Shown: positions 10,016-20,900, numbered from the stretch's first letter. The stretch is DNA of 64,000 bases from Ascidiaceihabitans sp. (GCA_028388995.1 JAOEQC010000001.1:2293-66292), one strand, 5' to 3'. Notes: a model not told the origin generated them from the sequence alone. Made by a program: numbers and translations.

Positions 10016-10543
10016 TTAAGCCCCTTTAACAGTCCCGTATTTGCCAGAGAAAAACGCCAGCGGTTTGCCCACGCTAAGCTGTGCATTGTTGACTTGTCCA
10101 ACCACGATCACATGATCGCCTGCAGGGTGGGTCGCCACGTGGCGGCATTCGAAACGTGCAAGGCACTTGTCGATCAAAGGCACGCCGTGGTCGTTTAAGT
10201 TGTGCTGGATATCTCCAAAGGCATAGCCGTTTTTGGCGAAGGCTTCGCAGATGTCTTTTTGCTGGTCTGACAGCACATGGATCGCAAAATGTTTGGCATG
10301 TGAGAAGTGTTTGAACCGGCTGGAATTAATCCCAGGCGACCACATTACAAGGGCAGGATCAAGCGAGAGGGAGGAAAAGCTGTTGGCCGTCATCCCGATC
10401 ACGCCGTCATCCGTCTTTGTGCTGATCACGGTGATGCCGGTTGCGAAACGCCCAAAGGCGTCCCGCAGCAGTCGCGTGTTGTCGCCATCAGGGGCGAAGT
10501 TTTGCGCGGTTTGATCTGTCATTTCAGATGCCATATCTTTCAT
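10016..10543 (-). CDS. smoA: Flavin reductase, SmoA-like partner of SQ monooxygenase
   Basis: LRDAFGRFATGITV, GMTANSFSSLSLDP, GDHVIVVG; TGATG coupling with the upstream AKR. Confidence 0.8.
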   Translation of the reverse strand: MKDMASEMTDQTAQNFAPDGDNTRLLRDAFGRFATGITVISTKTDDGVIGMTANSFSSLSLDPALVMWSPGINSSRFKHFSHAKHFAIHVLSDQQKDICEAFAKNGYAFGDIQHNLNDHGVPLIDKCLARFECRHVATHPAGDHVIVVGQVNNAQLSVGKPLAFFSGKYGTVKGA

Positions 10544-11433
10544 CAAGCGACCTCGCGGCCCAGTGCTGCTGTGTAGATTTTGAACCATGTGATGCGGTCC
10601 ATGTTGACCTTCAGTGCATCTGAAAGACCAGCGATGCGGGTTAGGTTATTGGTGCCCATGACAGGTAGTACTTTTGCAGGATGTGCCAAGATCCAAGCAA
10701 CAGCAACCGCCGCGCGGTCCACACCGTTTTCGCTTGCGATCACATCAAGGGTTTTCATCACTTCTGTGTTGCCGTTCATCAAAGAACCGCCGCCCAAAGG
10801 TGACCATGCCATTGCGTGTTGGCCGTTCTTTTGGTGATAGGCGAGGTCGCCGTTGGTCAGGCATTCATGCGCTGTTGCAGACATTTCGATCTGGTTGGTG
10901 ACCAGTGGGTTTTTCATGCCAGATTGCAGCAGATCATAATCCCATGGTTTAAAGTTGGACACACCGATGTTGCCAACCTTGCCCGATGAAACAAGCGCAT
11001 CAAGGGCCGCGCCGGTTTCATTGTGATCCATGAACGGGTCGGGACGGTGCACCAGCAATAGGTCGATATGGTCGATCCCCATGTTGGTCAGGGATGCATC
11101 AACCGATGCGTTAATGTGCGCGGTGGATGTGTCATAATATTTGACAGGTGCATCGCTGTATTTGCCGCAGGGCGCGATGATGTCGAACTTGGTCACGATC
11201 TCCATCTTGGCACGCAAGGATGGCACGGCCCGCAGGGTTTCACCCAATACGGCTTCGGCGGAATAATCGCCGTAAATGTCGGCTTGGTCAAAACTGGTGA
11301 TGCCTTGGTCTAGGCAAGCGTTGATTTTCGCCTCAACGTGTTTGACCGAGGTGTCGGCATCGTCCGCAACGCGCCACATGCCATAGACAATACGGCTAAG
11401 TTCAAGAGAGGGGGAAAGTGTGACGCGTTCCAT
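10543..11433 (-). CDS. smoB: Aldo/keto reductase, SmoB-like (6-oxo-glucose reductase)
   Basis: YGMWR, FDQADIYG, DLLLVHRPD, IGVSNF, WSPLGGG; position between the monooxygenase and flavin reductase. Confidence 0.8.
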   Translation of the reverse strand: MERVTLSPSLELSRIVYGMWRVADDADTSVKHVEAKINACLDQGITSFDQADIYGDYSAEAVLGETLRAVPSLRAKMEIVTKFDIIAPCGKYSDAPVKYYDTSTAHINASVDASLTNMGIDHIDLLLVHRPDPFMDHNETGAALDALVSSGKVGNIGVSNFKPWDYDLLQSGMKNPLVTNQIEMSATAHECLTNGDLAYHQKNGQHAMAWSPLGGGSLMNGNTEVMKTLDVIASENGVDRAAVAVAWILAHPAKVLPVMGTNNLTRIAGLSDALKVNMDRITWFKIYTAALGREVA

Positions 11434-12587
11434 TAACGGCGTACTCCTGCAGCTAGGGGTGTGAGTGGGGTGGCAGCTGGTACTCGACCATATGTATGTG
11501 GAAGTGAACAGGTTTCCAGGTGTGGCATGACCAGTTTGCCGAAGTATTCAGCTTCCTCAATATGTGGATAGCCAGAGAAGATGAAGGCGCGAATGCCCAT
11601 TTTTTTGTAGTCTTCGATTTTATTCAGAACTTGATCCGCGGAACCAACCAATGCGGCACCACAGCCAGAGCGCGCACGACCTATGCCAGTCCACAAATTA
11701 GGTTCGATGTACCCGTACTCATCGGCCAGCTCACGGTTTTTGGCCTGATGTGAAACACCAAGGGAGGTGGAATCCAAAGCACGTTCACGGATCATGCGGC
11801 CATATTCGTCATCCAATTTGGATGTGATGTATTCCGCGTATTCTTGCGCCTCTTTTTCGGTGTCGCGCACGATCATGTGGACGCGCAGCCCGTAATCCAA
11901 TGTGCGGTCATATTTTTCGGCCACTTTGTTCACAGCCTTCATGCGTCCCGCCAATGCGTCCTGTACCTCAGGCCACATCAGGTAAACGTCACAGTGTTGA
12001 CCGCAAAGCTCAAGCGCCGCTGGGGAATAGCCGCCAAAATATAAAAGTGGGCCGCCTGTTTGGTATGGTTTGACGGGGTCTGTGGTGAGCCCCTTAAAGT
12101 CATAGACCTCGCCGGAATAATTGATCTCGTCCTGTGTCCATGCCTGTTTGAGGATTTCAACAACCTCGCGCGAGCGTTGGTAGCGATAGTTGCTGTCTTC
12201 TTTTTGGCCAGGGAAATCAGAGCTGATGATGTTGAGGGTCAAACGCCCTTCCAACATGTGGTCCAGTGTCGAAATGGTGCGGGCCAGCATGATGGGCTGC
12301 ATCTCGCCGCAACGCACAGCTGCCAACAGGTTGATGTCTTTGGTGATTGGCGCACAGCCTGCGACGAAGGACAGCGTGTCCTGACCAACTTGATAAGAGG
12401 ACGGGCATAGGATGTTGCGAAAACCCTGCTGTTCTGCGGTTTTAACGATGTCGCTGCAATGTGCCCAGCTAGATCGCAGGTCGCCGTCGGGCACACCCAA
12501 AAACTGATAGTCGTCCGAACATAGGGCTGAAAACCACGAGACCTCAGAGGCCGTCAGATCGGGCGATGTGATTGGTACAACTGTCAT
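11433..12587 (-). CDS. smoC: LLM-class flavin monooxygenase, sulfoquinovose monooxygenase SmoC/SquD-like
   Basis: MTVVPITSPDL..EVSWFSALCSDDY, LCPSSYQVGQDTL and WTGIGRARSGCGAALVGS match my recollection of Agrobacterium SmoC; smoABCD-like synteny. Confidence 0.85.
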   Translation of the reverse strand: MTVVPITSPDLTASEVSWFSALCSDDYQFLGVPDGDLRSSWAHCSDIVKTAEQQGFRNILCPSSYQVGQDTLSFVAGCAPITKDINLLAAVRCGEMQPIMLARTISTLDHMLEGRLTLNIISSDFPGQKEDSNYRYQRSREVVEILKQAWTQDEINYSGEVYDFKGLTTDPVKPYQTGGPLLYFGGYSPAALELCGQHCDVYLMWPEVQDALAGRMKAVNKVAEKYDRTLDYGLRVHMIVRDTEKEAQEYAEYITSKLDDEYGRMIRERALDSTSLGVSHQAKNRELADEYGYIEPNLWTGIGRARSGCGAALVGSADQVLNKIEDYKKMGIRAFIFSGYPHIEEAEYFGKLVMPHLETCSLPHTYGRVPAATPLTPLAAGVRR

Positions 12588-12698
12588 TTTGAAACCTGCG
12601 AAAATTATTCAATTTCATATTGCATAGCAATCGATCTAGTGTAAATCAATGATGTATCAATTGTTTCATTCCAGCGTTTGCGCGCGATGAGGTGCCCT

Positions 12699-13409
12699 GT
12701 GTCTGACCAGCCCAAAAATCCCAATGCACTGCCCAAATATGTGCAGATCAGCGAACTGTTGATCCGCGATATTGCTGCTGGGCGTTTGATGGATGGGGAA
12801 CGGTTGCCGCCTGAACGCGAGATGGCAAATGGGCTGAACACATCGGTCGGCACCCTGCGCAAAGCCCTTGCTATACTCGAGAAAAAGGGAATGCTGGATC
12901 GTCTTCAGGGGTCGGGAAACTACATCCGCCACGGCGCGGATGAGGCCAGCATATACAGCATGTTCCGTCTTGAGTTGCCTGAAGGTGGGGGGTTGCCGCG
13001 CGCGGATACATTGGATGTACAGGCATTGAAAAAGCCCACTGATTTGCCCAAGTTTGGGACGGCCGATCACGGCACGCGGATTCGTCGTCTGCGCTATTTG
13101 AATGGAACAATCATCGCGATTGAGGAAATCTGGCTCGACGGGGATGCGGGCACCGTGCCCCCAAACGTGCTTTCGGATTCGCTGTACCACTTTTACCAAA
13201 AACATCTGGGGTTCTGGATCACCTCGGCTGAGGACCGCGTTAGCGTGGCCGCTGTACCCGATTGGACCCCCGACACCTTTACAAAACCTGCCGGTGCGCT
13301 GACAGGATATATCGAACGCTTTAGTTGGGCAGACGGCCCCAAAGCTGTCGAGTTTTCACGCACTTGGTTTGATCCATCACGCGCAATCTATGTGCAAAGA
13401 CTTAAATAG
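12699..13409 (+). CDS. GntR/HutC-family regulator (SmoD-like)
   Basis: wHTH (LPPEREMA..SVGTLRKAL..QGSGNY) plus UTRA-like C-terminus; divergent from smoC; GTG start inferred. Confidence 0.85.
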   Translation: MSDQPKNPNALPKYVQISELLIRDIAAGRLMDGERLPPEREMANGLNTSVGTLRKALAILEKKGMLDRLQGSGNYIRHGADEASIYSMFRLELPEGGGLPRADTLDVQALKKPTDLPKFGTADHGTRIRRLRYLNGTIIAIEEIWLDGDAGTVPPNVLSDSLYHFYQKHLGFWITSAEDRVSVAAVPDWTPDTFTKPAGALTGYIERFSWADGPKAVEFSRTWFDPSRAIYVQRLK

Positions 13410-13419
13410 GAATACAAAC

Positions 13420-14532
13420 ATGGCTAAGCTAATCAACTACGGCATCATCGGTTGCGGCATGATGGGACAAGAGCATCTGCGCAATATCGCCTTGCTGCCT
13501 GACACCAACGTGGCTGCCATCTTTGAACCCGATGCTGGCATGGCAGGGATCGCCAAAACCTTGGCTCCGAACGCTCAGTTCTGTGACAGTATTGATGCCC
13601 TGTTGGCGATTGAGGCGTTGGATTGTCTGGTTATCATCAGCCCGAACTTTATGCATCTGGAACAGTTGGAGCAGATCGCCCAAACGCGGTCTTTGCCGAT
13701 CTTGGTGGAAAAGCCACTGTTTACTGATCCAAGCGCATTCGCCCGTGTGCGCAAGTTTAGCGAAACCTATCCATCCTCCGTTTGGGTCGCGATGGAATAC
13801 CGCTATATGCCGCCAATCGCCGCCTTGCGGGCAGAGGTGGAAGAGGCCACTGGCGGGATCAAGATGCTGTCGATCCGCGAACACCGTTTCCCGTTCCTTA
13901 AAAAGGTGGGTGACTGGAACCGCTTTAACGCCAAATCGGGTGGCACCTTTGTTGAAAAATGTTGTCACTTCTTTGATCTGATGCGTTTGCTGACCAAATC
14001 AGAACCTATGCGGATCATGGCCAGTGCGGGCCAGAACGTGAATCATCTGGACGAGGTTTATGACGGCCAAACATCCGACATCATCGACAACGGTTATGTC
14101 ATTGTGGACTTTGAGAACGGGATGCGGGCGATGCTGGAACTGTGCATGTTTGCCGAAGGATCACGCTACCAAGAGGAGGTGAGCGTGGTTGGTCCCAAAG
14201 GCAAGATCGAGGCGTTGGTGCCAGGGCCGGGCCGTTTCTGGCCTGCGCATCTGGGCGATGCCCCAATCCCGCAATTGATCGTCAGCCCGCGCAATCCAAG
14301 CGGACCTGTGGTGCGTGAAATCCCCGTGGATCCCACATTGCTAGATGCAGGGGATCACAATGGATCCACCTTTTATCAACACGAGGGCTTCTTGGCTTTG
14401 GTGCGCGGCGAACGTGATGTGGCAGATGTAACTTTTGAGGATGGGTTGCGGGCCGTTACGATGGGCATGGCCGCACAAGAAAGCGCCCGCACGGGGCAAA
14501 GTGTGCTATGGGGTGAGTTTATTGCGCGGTAA
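13420..14532 (+). CDS. Gfo/Idh/MocA oxidoreductase, probable NAD+-dependent sulfoquinovosidase (SqgA/GH188-like)
   Basis: GIIGCGMMG, LVEKP, MEYRYMP, REHRFPF, EKCCHFFDLM; specific function inferred from smo context and absence of a GH31 gene. Confidence 0.7.
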   Translation: MAKLINYGIIGCGMMGQEHLRNIALLPDTNVAAIFEPDAGMAGIAKTLAPNAQFCDSIDALLAIEALDCLVIISPNFMHLEQLEQIAQTRSLPILVEKPLFTDPSAFARVRKFSETYPSSVWVAMEYRYMPPIAALRAEVEEATGGIKMLSIREHRFPFLKKVGDWNRFNAKSGGTFVEKCCHFFDLMRLLTKSEPMRIMASAGQNVNHLDEVYDGQTSDIIDNGYVIVDFENGMRAMLELCMFAEGSRYQEEVSVVGPKGKIEALVPGPGRFWPAHLGDAPIPQLIVSPRNPSGPVVREIPVDPTLLDAGDHNGSTFYQHEGFLALVRGERDVADVTFEDGLRAVTMGMAAQESARTGQSVLWGEFIAR

Positions 14533-14656
14533 TGTTGAAAGTCGCGGTTGTTCAAATGGCGGGTTTGCGGACCAAGCCGACTTGCACTTTCTGAGACCAA
14601 TGTGTGCTATCGAGTTGCCGAACTTCCGTTATACCCAGCGCAAGTTCCAATTTCGT

Positions 14657-14917
14657 CTATAATGGCGTGTGAAAAGCTGCATCTATGCCGGCATATTTTG
14701 GCCCAAATATCGAGAGCCCCTTATCCGTCAAGAATTGCGCAGGCGCAGGAAGGATCACGACAGCGATCGTTTGCTCAGCGCAGCAATCGGGGTTGGCGAT
14801 TGGGGCACCACTTTACGTTTCAAACAGACAGATCAAGTCAGGAACCGTTGCGTAGACGGCTCCGTCTAGCCAGCAAGCCATGTTCTCGTTCTTGACACTG
14901 ACGCGCATTTTTTCACC
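14657..14917 (-). pseudogene. DUF917-like protein C-terminal fragment
   Basis: GEKMRVSVKNENMACWLDGAVYATVPDLICLFET*SGAPIANP...LPAPAQFLTDKGLSIFGPKYAG*; internal TAA at 14813, 5' part missing. Confidence 0.6.
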
Positions 14918-15154
14918 GCTCGGCGCAGCGATATCGATTTGGCCTACTGTAAAGCCTTGAACGCTTTTGTATGTTACGTGATGGAATGATAGGCATCAAT
15001 CATTTAATGATATACGCCTATCATTTTGAGATGTGGCTAATGTCAGCCTGTAATTATTATATAATAAAATTAATGATCTAATGGCTTATCATCTGGCATT
15101 TTGTCTGCCAAATTTATTCTATTCTGCAGATTTGGCGGCGCGGGCTGTTCTGTG

Positions 15155-15901
15155 TTAGATACAGCGCCCACCATCGACTTCCATGCAGACGCCTGTGATC
15201 ATGCTGGCCTCACCGGAGCACAAATAACAGGCCGCGTTCCCCATGTCTTCGGGTGTGGAAAAGCGACCCAAGGGGATTGTTGATAAGAACATGGCCCGCA
15301 TCTGAGGCGTGTCTTCACCCATAAAACTTTTGAGTAATGGGGTGTCACCGGCAACAGGGTTCAACGCGTTAACGCGAACGCCAGCAGGGGCCAATTCAAC
15401 GGCCATCCCTTTAGTAGCATTATTCATCCAGCCCTTTGAGGCGTTGTACCAATTCAGCCGCGGTCGCGGGCTGACGCCTGCGGTTGAGGCAACATTTAGG
15501 ATCGCGCCCGTGCCTTGGGCCTTCATCAAAGGCACAATATACTTGGCTGTCAGGTACACGGACTTGCAATTTACGACGAAAACTTTGTCAAAGTCTTCCT
15601 CAGTGACCTCTTCCATAGGCGCAGGCAGGTGTGTGACGCCCGCATTGTTGATCAAAATGTCGATCTGACCGAAGGCGTCTATGGTCGATTGCACCATTGC
15701 GGCGACGTCTGCATCATGTGCCACATTGGTCTGAATGGTTTGGACCGTGTCACCAAGTTCAGCCGCAAGTTCATTGGCCATATCGATGTTCAGGTCGGCG
15801 ATCATTACACGCGCACCCTCAGCCACAAACTTGCGCGCAATCCCAGCGCCAAAGCCAGAGGCACCGCCCGTTACAATCGCTACTTTGCCTTGCAGTCGCA
15901 T
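15155..15901 (-). CDS. SDR-family oxidoreductase
   Basis: TGGASGFG, NNAG, YNASK. Confidence 0.92.
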   Translation of the reverse strand: MRLQGKVAIVTGGASGFGAGIARKFVAEGARVMIADLNIDMANELAAELGDTVQTIQTNVAHDADVAAMVQSTIDAFGQIDILINNAGVTHLPAPMEEVTEEDFDKVFVVNCKSVYLTAKYIVPLMKAQGTGAILNVASTAGVSPRPRLNWYNASKGWMNNATKGMAVELAPAGVRVNALNPVAGDTPLLKSFMGEDTPQMRAMFLSTIPLGRFSTPEDMGNAACYLCSGEASMITGVCMEVDGGRCI

Positions 15902-15902
15902 G

Positions 15903-16412
15903 TTATTCTCCTGTCAGGTCTAGTTTTAGAATGTGGCGTTCGTTGCCGTCTTCGTTTTGGGAGGCCTTAACTGTGCGTTCGTGTTCGAACCCCAATTTAT
16001 CCCAAAAGGCGCGTGCGCCGATGTTCACATCCAGCACTGCAATGCGGATACAAGGCGCGTTGTCGGCGCGGGCCTCATCGATAACGTGTTTTGCGGCTTT
16101 GCGTCCCAATCCATCGCCGCGCGCATCGGGGTCTAAAATCAACAGTCCCATGTACCAATGCCCATGTTTCGGATAGTGGCGAATGCTGCCTGCAAATCCC
16201 GCCAGTGTGCCGTCAGCGCGCTCCAAGCCGCGCAGGAACCTGTCGTCTGGCCCACATACAGGAGGGGCATCGTTTAATGTGGCGTGCACAAACCCTGGGT
16301 TGTTGGCTTTGCCCGTTTCCATTTCCACATAGTCGCTGGCGCGGAACATCAGATCGGCGACGCGGGTGTAATCGTCTTTGGCGTCCAAGGTTACTATTTG
16401 AATATCATCCAT
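15903..16412 (-). CDS. GNAT-family N-acetyltransferase
   Basis: LDPDARGDGLG acetyl-CoA motif, ARAFWDKLGF; overlaps the ALDH stop. Confidence 0.85.
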   Translation of the reverse strand: MDDIQIVTLDAKDDYTRVADLMFRASDYVEMETGKANNPGFVHATLNDAPPVCGPDDRFLRGLERADGTLAGFAGSIRHYPKHGHWYMGLLILDPDARGDGLGRKAAKHVIDEARADNAPCIRIAVLDVNIGARAFWDKLGFEHERTVKASQNEDGNERHILKLDLTGE

Positions 16413-17859
16413 GATGTGCTGCTACCGTCTTGAGTGTTGAAAAACCGTATAGTGCCTCGAACCCTTTTTCGCGCCCATGGCCAGATAGACCTACGCCTCC
16501 AAAGGGCAGTTCAACACCACCCCCCGCGCCGTAGTTGTTGATGAACACCTGACCTGCGCGCAAGCGTTTGGCGACGCGCATTTGGCGCGCGCCGTCTTTG
16601 GACCAGATCGAGGCGACAAGGCCAAAGTCAGTGCCATTGGCGATTTTCACGGCGTCTTCTTCGGTGTCAAAGGGGATCACTACTTGGACGGGGCCGAAGA
16701 TTTCTTGCTGCGCCAGTTCGTGATTTGGATCAACATCTGCGAACAGGGTAGGGGGAACATATGCGCCACCGATCGGGGCATCTGGTGCCACAGCACCGAC
16801 AGCAACCTTGTTCAGATCAGCGCCACGAGCCAAGAACCCTTCAACAATTTCCTTTTGGCGCAGGGACACCAGTGGTCCCACATCCAGATCATCGCCTGCG
16901 GGGCCAACGCGCAATTCACCGTAACGTTTTGCCATGCGCGCAACGACGTCATCATAGACCCCGCGTTGCACCAAGATGCGCGAGGATGCGGAACAGGTTT
17001 GTCCTGCATTCTGGATACCTGCGTTCACAAGGAAGGGCAGGGCGGCGTCAAGATCCGCGTCATCAAACACCAATTGCGGGGATTTTCCGCCCAGTTCCAA
17101 GGTGACAGGAACCGCGTTTTGGGCCGATGTCGATTGGATCAACTTGCCCACACCGACAGAGCCCGTGAAGGAAATGTGATGCACCAATGGATGGGCGGTG
17201 AGGGCCGCACCCGCTTCGGCCCCTAGGCCCGAAACCACGTTTAACGCCCCATCAGGCAATCCCGCTTGGCGACAGATTTCAGCAAAGGCGAGGGCGGTTA
17301 AACAGGCCTCTTCCGCTGGTTTCAAAACGGCGGCGTTGCCCATGGCAAGCGCGGCACCAACAGAGCGTCCGATGATCTGCATCGGGTAATTCCATGGGAT
17401 GATATGCCCCGTAACCCCGTGGGGTTCGCGCATGGTATAGACGGTATAGCCCTCAAGAAACGGGATCGTCGCACCGTGAATCTTGTCCACGGCCCCTGCA
17501 TAAAATTCCATATAGCGGGCGAGGGCAACAACATCTGCGCGGGCTTGTTTGACTGGTTTGCCTACGTCCATGGATTCAAGGGTGGTTAATTCGTCAATGT
17601 TTTTAAGGACCAGTTCACCAATGCGGTGCAGGATACGCCCCCGTTCAAACGCCGCCAATTCACCCCACGCACCGTTCAGTGCTGCATCTGCAGCGGCAAC
17701 CGCGCGGTCAATGTCCGCTGCGTTGCCCCGTGCGATATCGCATAAGGTTGTGCCGTCTGATGGGTTTTTCAGCGCAAGAGTTTGGCCCGACAGCGCGGGC
17801 ACCCATTCATTGGCGATAAAGCAATGTGTGGGGTCGATGTTGAGGGGGTGAATAGTCAT
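16405..17859 (-). CDS. Aldehyde dehydrogenase
   Basis: PWNYP, FTGS, LELGGKSP, GQTCSA, EIFGPV. Confidence 0.95.
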   Translation of the reverse strand: MTIHPLNIDPTHCFIANEWVPALSGQTLALKNPSDGTTLCDIARGNAADIDRAVAAADAALNGAWGELAAFERGRILHRIGELVLKNIDELTTLESMDVGKPVKQARADVVALARYMEFYAGAVDKIHGATIPFLEGYTVYTMREPHGVTGHIIPWNYPMQIIGRSVGAALAMGNAAVLKPAEEACLTALAFAEICRQAGLPDGALNVVSGLGAEAGAALTAHPLVHHISFTGSVGVGKLIQSTSAQNAVPVTLELGGKSPQLVFDDADLDAALPFLVNAGIQNAGQTCSASSRILVQRGVYDDVVARMAKRYGELRVGPAGDDLDVGPLVSLRQKEIVEGFLARGADLNKVAVGAVAPDAPIGGAYVPPTLFADVDPNHELAQQEIFGPVQVVIPFDTEEDAVKIANGTDFGLVASIWSKDGARQMRVAKRLRAGQVFINNYGAGGGVELPFGGVGLSGHGREKGFEALYGFSTLKTVAAHHG

Positions 17860-17966
17860 TCAAATGTCCTATCGCAAAACGTCTGCCCCTCAAGCGCAAG
17901 GGACGTGTTACGGTTAGATTACCGCAACACTACGTATATGCAACACAGGGCGATTACCGCCGTAGA

Positions 17967-19562
17967 TTAAGCTTCTGCTAGGATCATCTTGGCGCAGTTT
18001 TCGCCGATCATGATAGCAGGGGCGTTGGTGTTGCCCGATACGATTTCTGGCATAATAGAACAATCCGCGACCCGCAAACCGCTGATTCCGTGCACGCGCA
18101 GTTTCGCGTCTACAACGGCGTCTTGCCCGCTGCCCATCTTGCAGGTGCCCGTTGGGTGATAGATAGAGGCGGTGTTGTTGCGCGCCCAATCAAGGGTGGC
18201 GTCATAGTCATCAATATCTAGATCCGCATGAGGGCGGTATTCTTGGGAAATCTTACCGGCAAGTGGCGCGTGTTTGGCGATTGTGCGGGCGATGTTCACG
18301 CCTGCGACAACCGTGCGGCAATCCGTTTCAGTCGAAAGGTAGTTTGGAATGATCTTGGGATAGACCTGACCATCGCCAGAGACCAAACGGATTTCTCCAC
18401 GACTTTCTGGGCGCAACTGACAGACCGACATGGTGAAGGCCGAGAATTTGTCGGCCCCCTTACCAGGGTTTTCGGCAGACAGCGGTTGGACGTGGAATTG
18501 CACATCCGGCGTTTCCAAATCCTCGCGTGTTTTCATGAAACCGGTGGCAAGGCTGGCGGCCATCGTCATTGGGCCAGTGCGGGTCATCAGGTATTTAAGA
18601 CCAATCTTGGCCTGGCCAAACAAACTGCCGACTTCGTCGTTCAGTGTTGGTTCATTACATTTGTAAACCAAACGGGCCTGCAGGTGGTCCTGCATGTTCT
18701 TGCCCACGCCGTTCAAATCTTTCCTAACCTCAATGCCGTGCTCTTGCAGTTGAGCCACTTCGCCGATGCCTGACAACATGAGTAATTGAGGGGAGTTAAT
18801 AGACCCACCGCTTAGAATTACCTCGCGGTTGGCTTTCACCACCACTTCGGCACCGCTGCGTTCTTTATAGGTGACACCAGTTGCCACACCGTTTTCGATA
18901 TTCACCTTTTGCACTTGAGCATGGGTGACGATCTGCAAATTGGAACGGCTGCGGGCAGGGTTTAGGTATGCAACAGCCGTGGAACAACGGCGCCCGTTCT
19001 TTGATGTCAGTTGGAAAAAGCCAACGCCCTCTTGGGTTTCGCCGTTGTAATCGGGGTTGAAAGGATAACCCGCCGCTTGCGCCGCTTCGACCCATGCGTC
19101 CGTAATTGGGCGTTGAATGCGCATGTTGGACACAGATAATGGACCGTCGTCACCGTGGTAGTCATTCGCACCGCGTTCGTTATTTTCCGCCTTCTTAAAA
19201 AGGGGCAGTACATCGCTCCATGACCAGCCTGCGTTGCCCATTTGGGCCCAGCGATCATAGTCCTGCGCCTGGCCGCGCACATATAGAAGACCGTTAAGCG
19301 AGGAAGAACCGCCCAGAACCTTGCCGCGCGGCCATTCAATGGAGCGGCCATTCAGGCCCACGTCTGCTTCTGTTTTATAGCACCAGTCAACGTTTGGATT
19401 GTGTATCGTCTTAAAATAGCCAACCGGGATGTGAATCCACGGATTTAGGTCACGACCACCCGCTTCTAGTAAAATAACTTTATTAAAGGGATTGGCGCTT
19501 AATCTATTGGCTAAAACGCAGCCAGCAGAGCCTGCACCAACAATAATATAGTCCGCTTCCAC
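17967..19562 (-). CDS. GMC oxidoreductase (choline dehydrogenase-like; candidate isethionate dehydrogenase IseJ)
   Basis: [38 protein letters not shown]; GTG start after GGGAGA; substrate inferred from synteny only. Confidence 0.85.
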   Translation of the reverse strand: MEADYIIVGAGSAGCVLANRLSANPFNKVILLEAGGRDLNPWIHIPVGYFKTIHNPNVDWCYKTEADVGLNGRSIEWPRGKVLGGSSSLNGLLYVRGQAQDYDRWAQMGNAGWSWSDVLPLFKKAENNERGANDYHGDDGPLSVSNMRIQRPITDAWVEAAQAAGYPFNPDYNGETQEGVGFFQLTSKNGRRCSTAVAYLNPARSRSNLQIVTHAQVQKVNIENGVATGVTYKERSGAEVVVKANREVILSGGSINSPQLLMLSGIGEVAQLQEHGIEVRKDLNGVGKNMQDHLQARLVYKCNEPTLNDEVGSLFGQAKIGLKYLMTRTGPMTMAASLATGFMKTREDLETPDVQFHVQPLSAENPGKGADKFSAFTMSVCQLRPESRGEIRLVSGDGQVYPKIIPNYLSTETDCRTVVAGVNIARTIAKHAPLAGKISQEYRPHADLDIDDYDATLDWARNNTASIYHPTGTCKMGSGQDAVVDAKLRVHGISGLRVADCSIMPEIVSGNTNAPAIMIGENCAKMILAEA

Positions 19563-19597
19563 AAGGATTCTCCCGTCCGTTTGAATTAAGGCTATAC

Positions 19598-19642
19598 AGA
19601 ATGGAATTATCATTCTACACTTTTTTGAGAATAAAAGTCTCA
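19598..19642. promoter_or_regulatory. Two palindromes in the divergent GMC/TRAP promoter (candidate IclR operators)
   Basis: AGAATG-N7-CATTCT (19598-19616) and TGAGA-N7-TCTCA (19626-19642). Confidence 0.45.
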
Positions 19643-19667
19643 TTAATTGACAATAGGGAGAAATGTC

Positions 19668-20900
19668 ATGGGAATTACAGGAAGAATCGGGAATCTATCC
19701 CGACGCGATCTATTTCGCGTAGCAGGCAAGTACGGCATGAGCTCAACGCTCATGGCAGCAGGGGGCTTCGGGGGAGCGATGAGCCTTGCAAACTTGGCTA
19801 CTGCAGCAGAATCCACATATGAAAAGCGGTTCTCAAAACCAGCAAAACACACTTTCAAATTTGGTGCTGCTGGCTTCAACCAACGCAACCTTTTGATCGA
19901 ACGTGCTGGCGCGTTGGAATTCGCACGTGACCTCGAAGCACGTACAGACGGCGAGATCCGCATCGAGTTCATCGGCGACAACCAAATCTGCGGTCAAACA
20001 TCCTGCGTTGAGAAATGTCAGCAAGGTATCGTAGACTTCTACGCGGCCTCTACACAGAACTCTGCCGGCGGTGCACCGTACTTGAACGTACTTGATTACG
20101 CGTACATGTTCCGTAACCGCGCTGACCAATACCACTTCTTGTATTCACCAGCGTCTGCAGCTTTGCTTCGTGAGCCTTATGAAAAGCGCCACGGTCTAAA
20201 ACTGTTGTTCTCACACGCTGAACTTCGCGGCATCCAGTTGGGTCTCGCTTGGGAAGACAAGCCAACAGTAACCTCTGTTGAAGAACTTGCAGGCACAAAG
20301 AACCGCGTAACAGGTACACAACTTGGCCGTATCGCCATGAAAGCTCTGAACTTGAACCCAGTTCCAGTTGCTTGGGAAGAAACACTTGATGGCCTAAAGC
20401 AAGGCTTGATCGATGGTGCAGAAACATGGGCATCTGCTGTTGCTTACGCAAACATGTCACCAGTTGTTTCCCAATCCGTACACTTGAACTTCTTCTGTGG
20501 TACAGAAGCGACTTCAATGAACGCTGGCGTATTTGATAGCCTGTCAGGCGATCTACAAGACGCAGTTCTGGAATCTTCTTACTGGGCGCAAACACACGTT
20601 CAAGCGGCAAATGAAGCTGCACTTGTGAAAACTGTTGGTCAATCTGATCCACAACTTCCAGGTACAATCTTTGCGCAAAACAACGTGCGTAACGCATTTT
20701 TGTCCGACGCTGAGATTAAGAAAGCGGAAGAAATGTGCTCACCTGAGTTCCAGCCACAGTTGTGGGAAGACTGGCGCGAGCGCCTTAACGGCTGGTCCGG
20801 CGGTCGTGACACGTACCAAGAAATCTATGACGAAGTGCGAACAATTTCTGGTGACACTCTACCAGAAAACGTTGAACCACGTCGTTGGTGGAAAGGTTAA
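19668..20900 (+). CDS. TRAP substrate-binding protein DctP with Tat signal (IseK-like)
   Basis: SRRDLF twin-arginine signal, LEARTDGEIRIE, PVPVAWEETLDGLKQGLIDGAE. Confidence 0.88.
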   Translation: MGITGRIGNLSRRDLFRVAGKYGMSSTLMAAGGFGGAMSLANLATAAESTYEKRFSKPAKHTFKFGAAGFNQRNLLIERAGALEFARDLEARTDGEIRIEFIGDNQICGQTSCVEKCQQGIVDFYAASTQNSAGGAPYLNVLDYAYMFRNRADQYHFLYSPASAALLREPYEKRHGLKLLFSHAELRGIQLGLAWEDKPTVTSVEELAGTKNRVTGTQLGRIAMKALNLNPVPVAWEETLDGLKQGLIDGAETWASAVAYANMSPVVSQSVHLNFFCGTEATSMNAGVFDSLSGDLQDAVLESSYWAQTHVQAANEAALVKTVGQSDPQLPGTIFAQNNVRNAFLSDAEIKKAEEMCSPEFQPQLWEDWRERLNGWSGGRDTYQEIYDEVRTISGDTLPENVEPRRWWKG

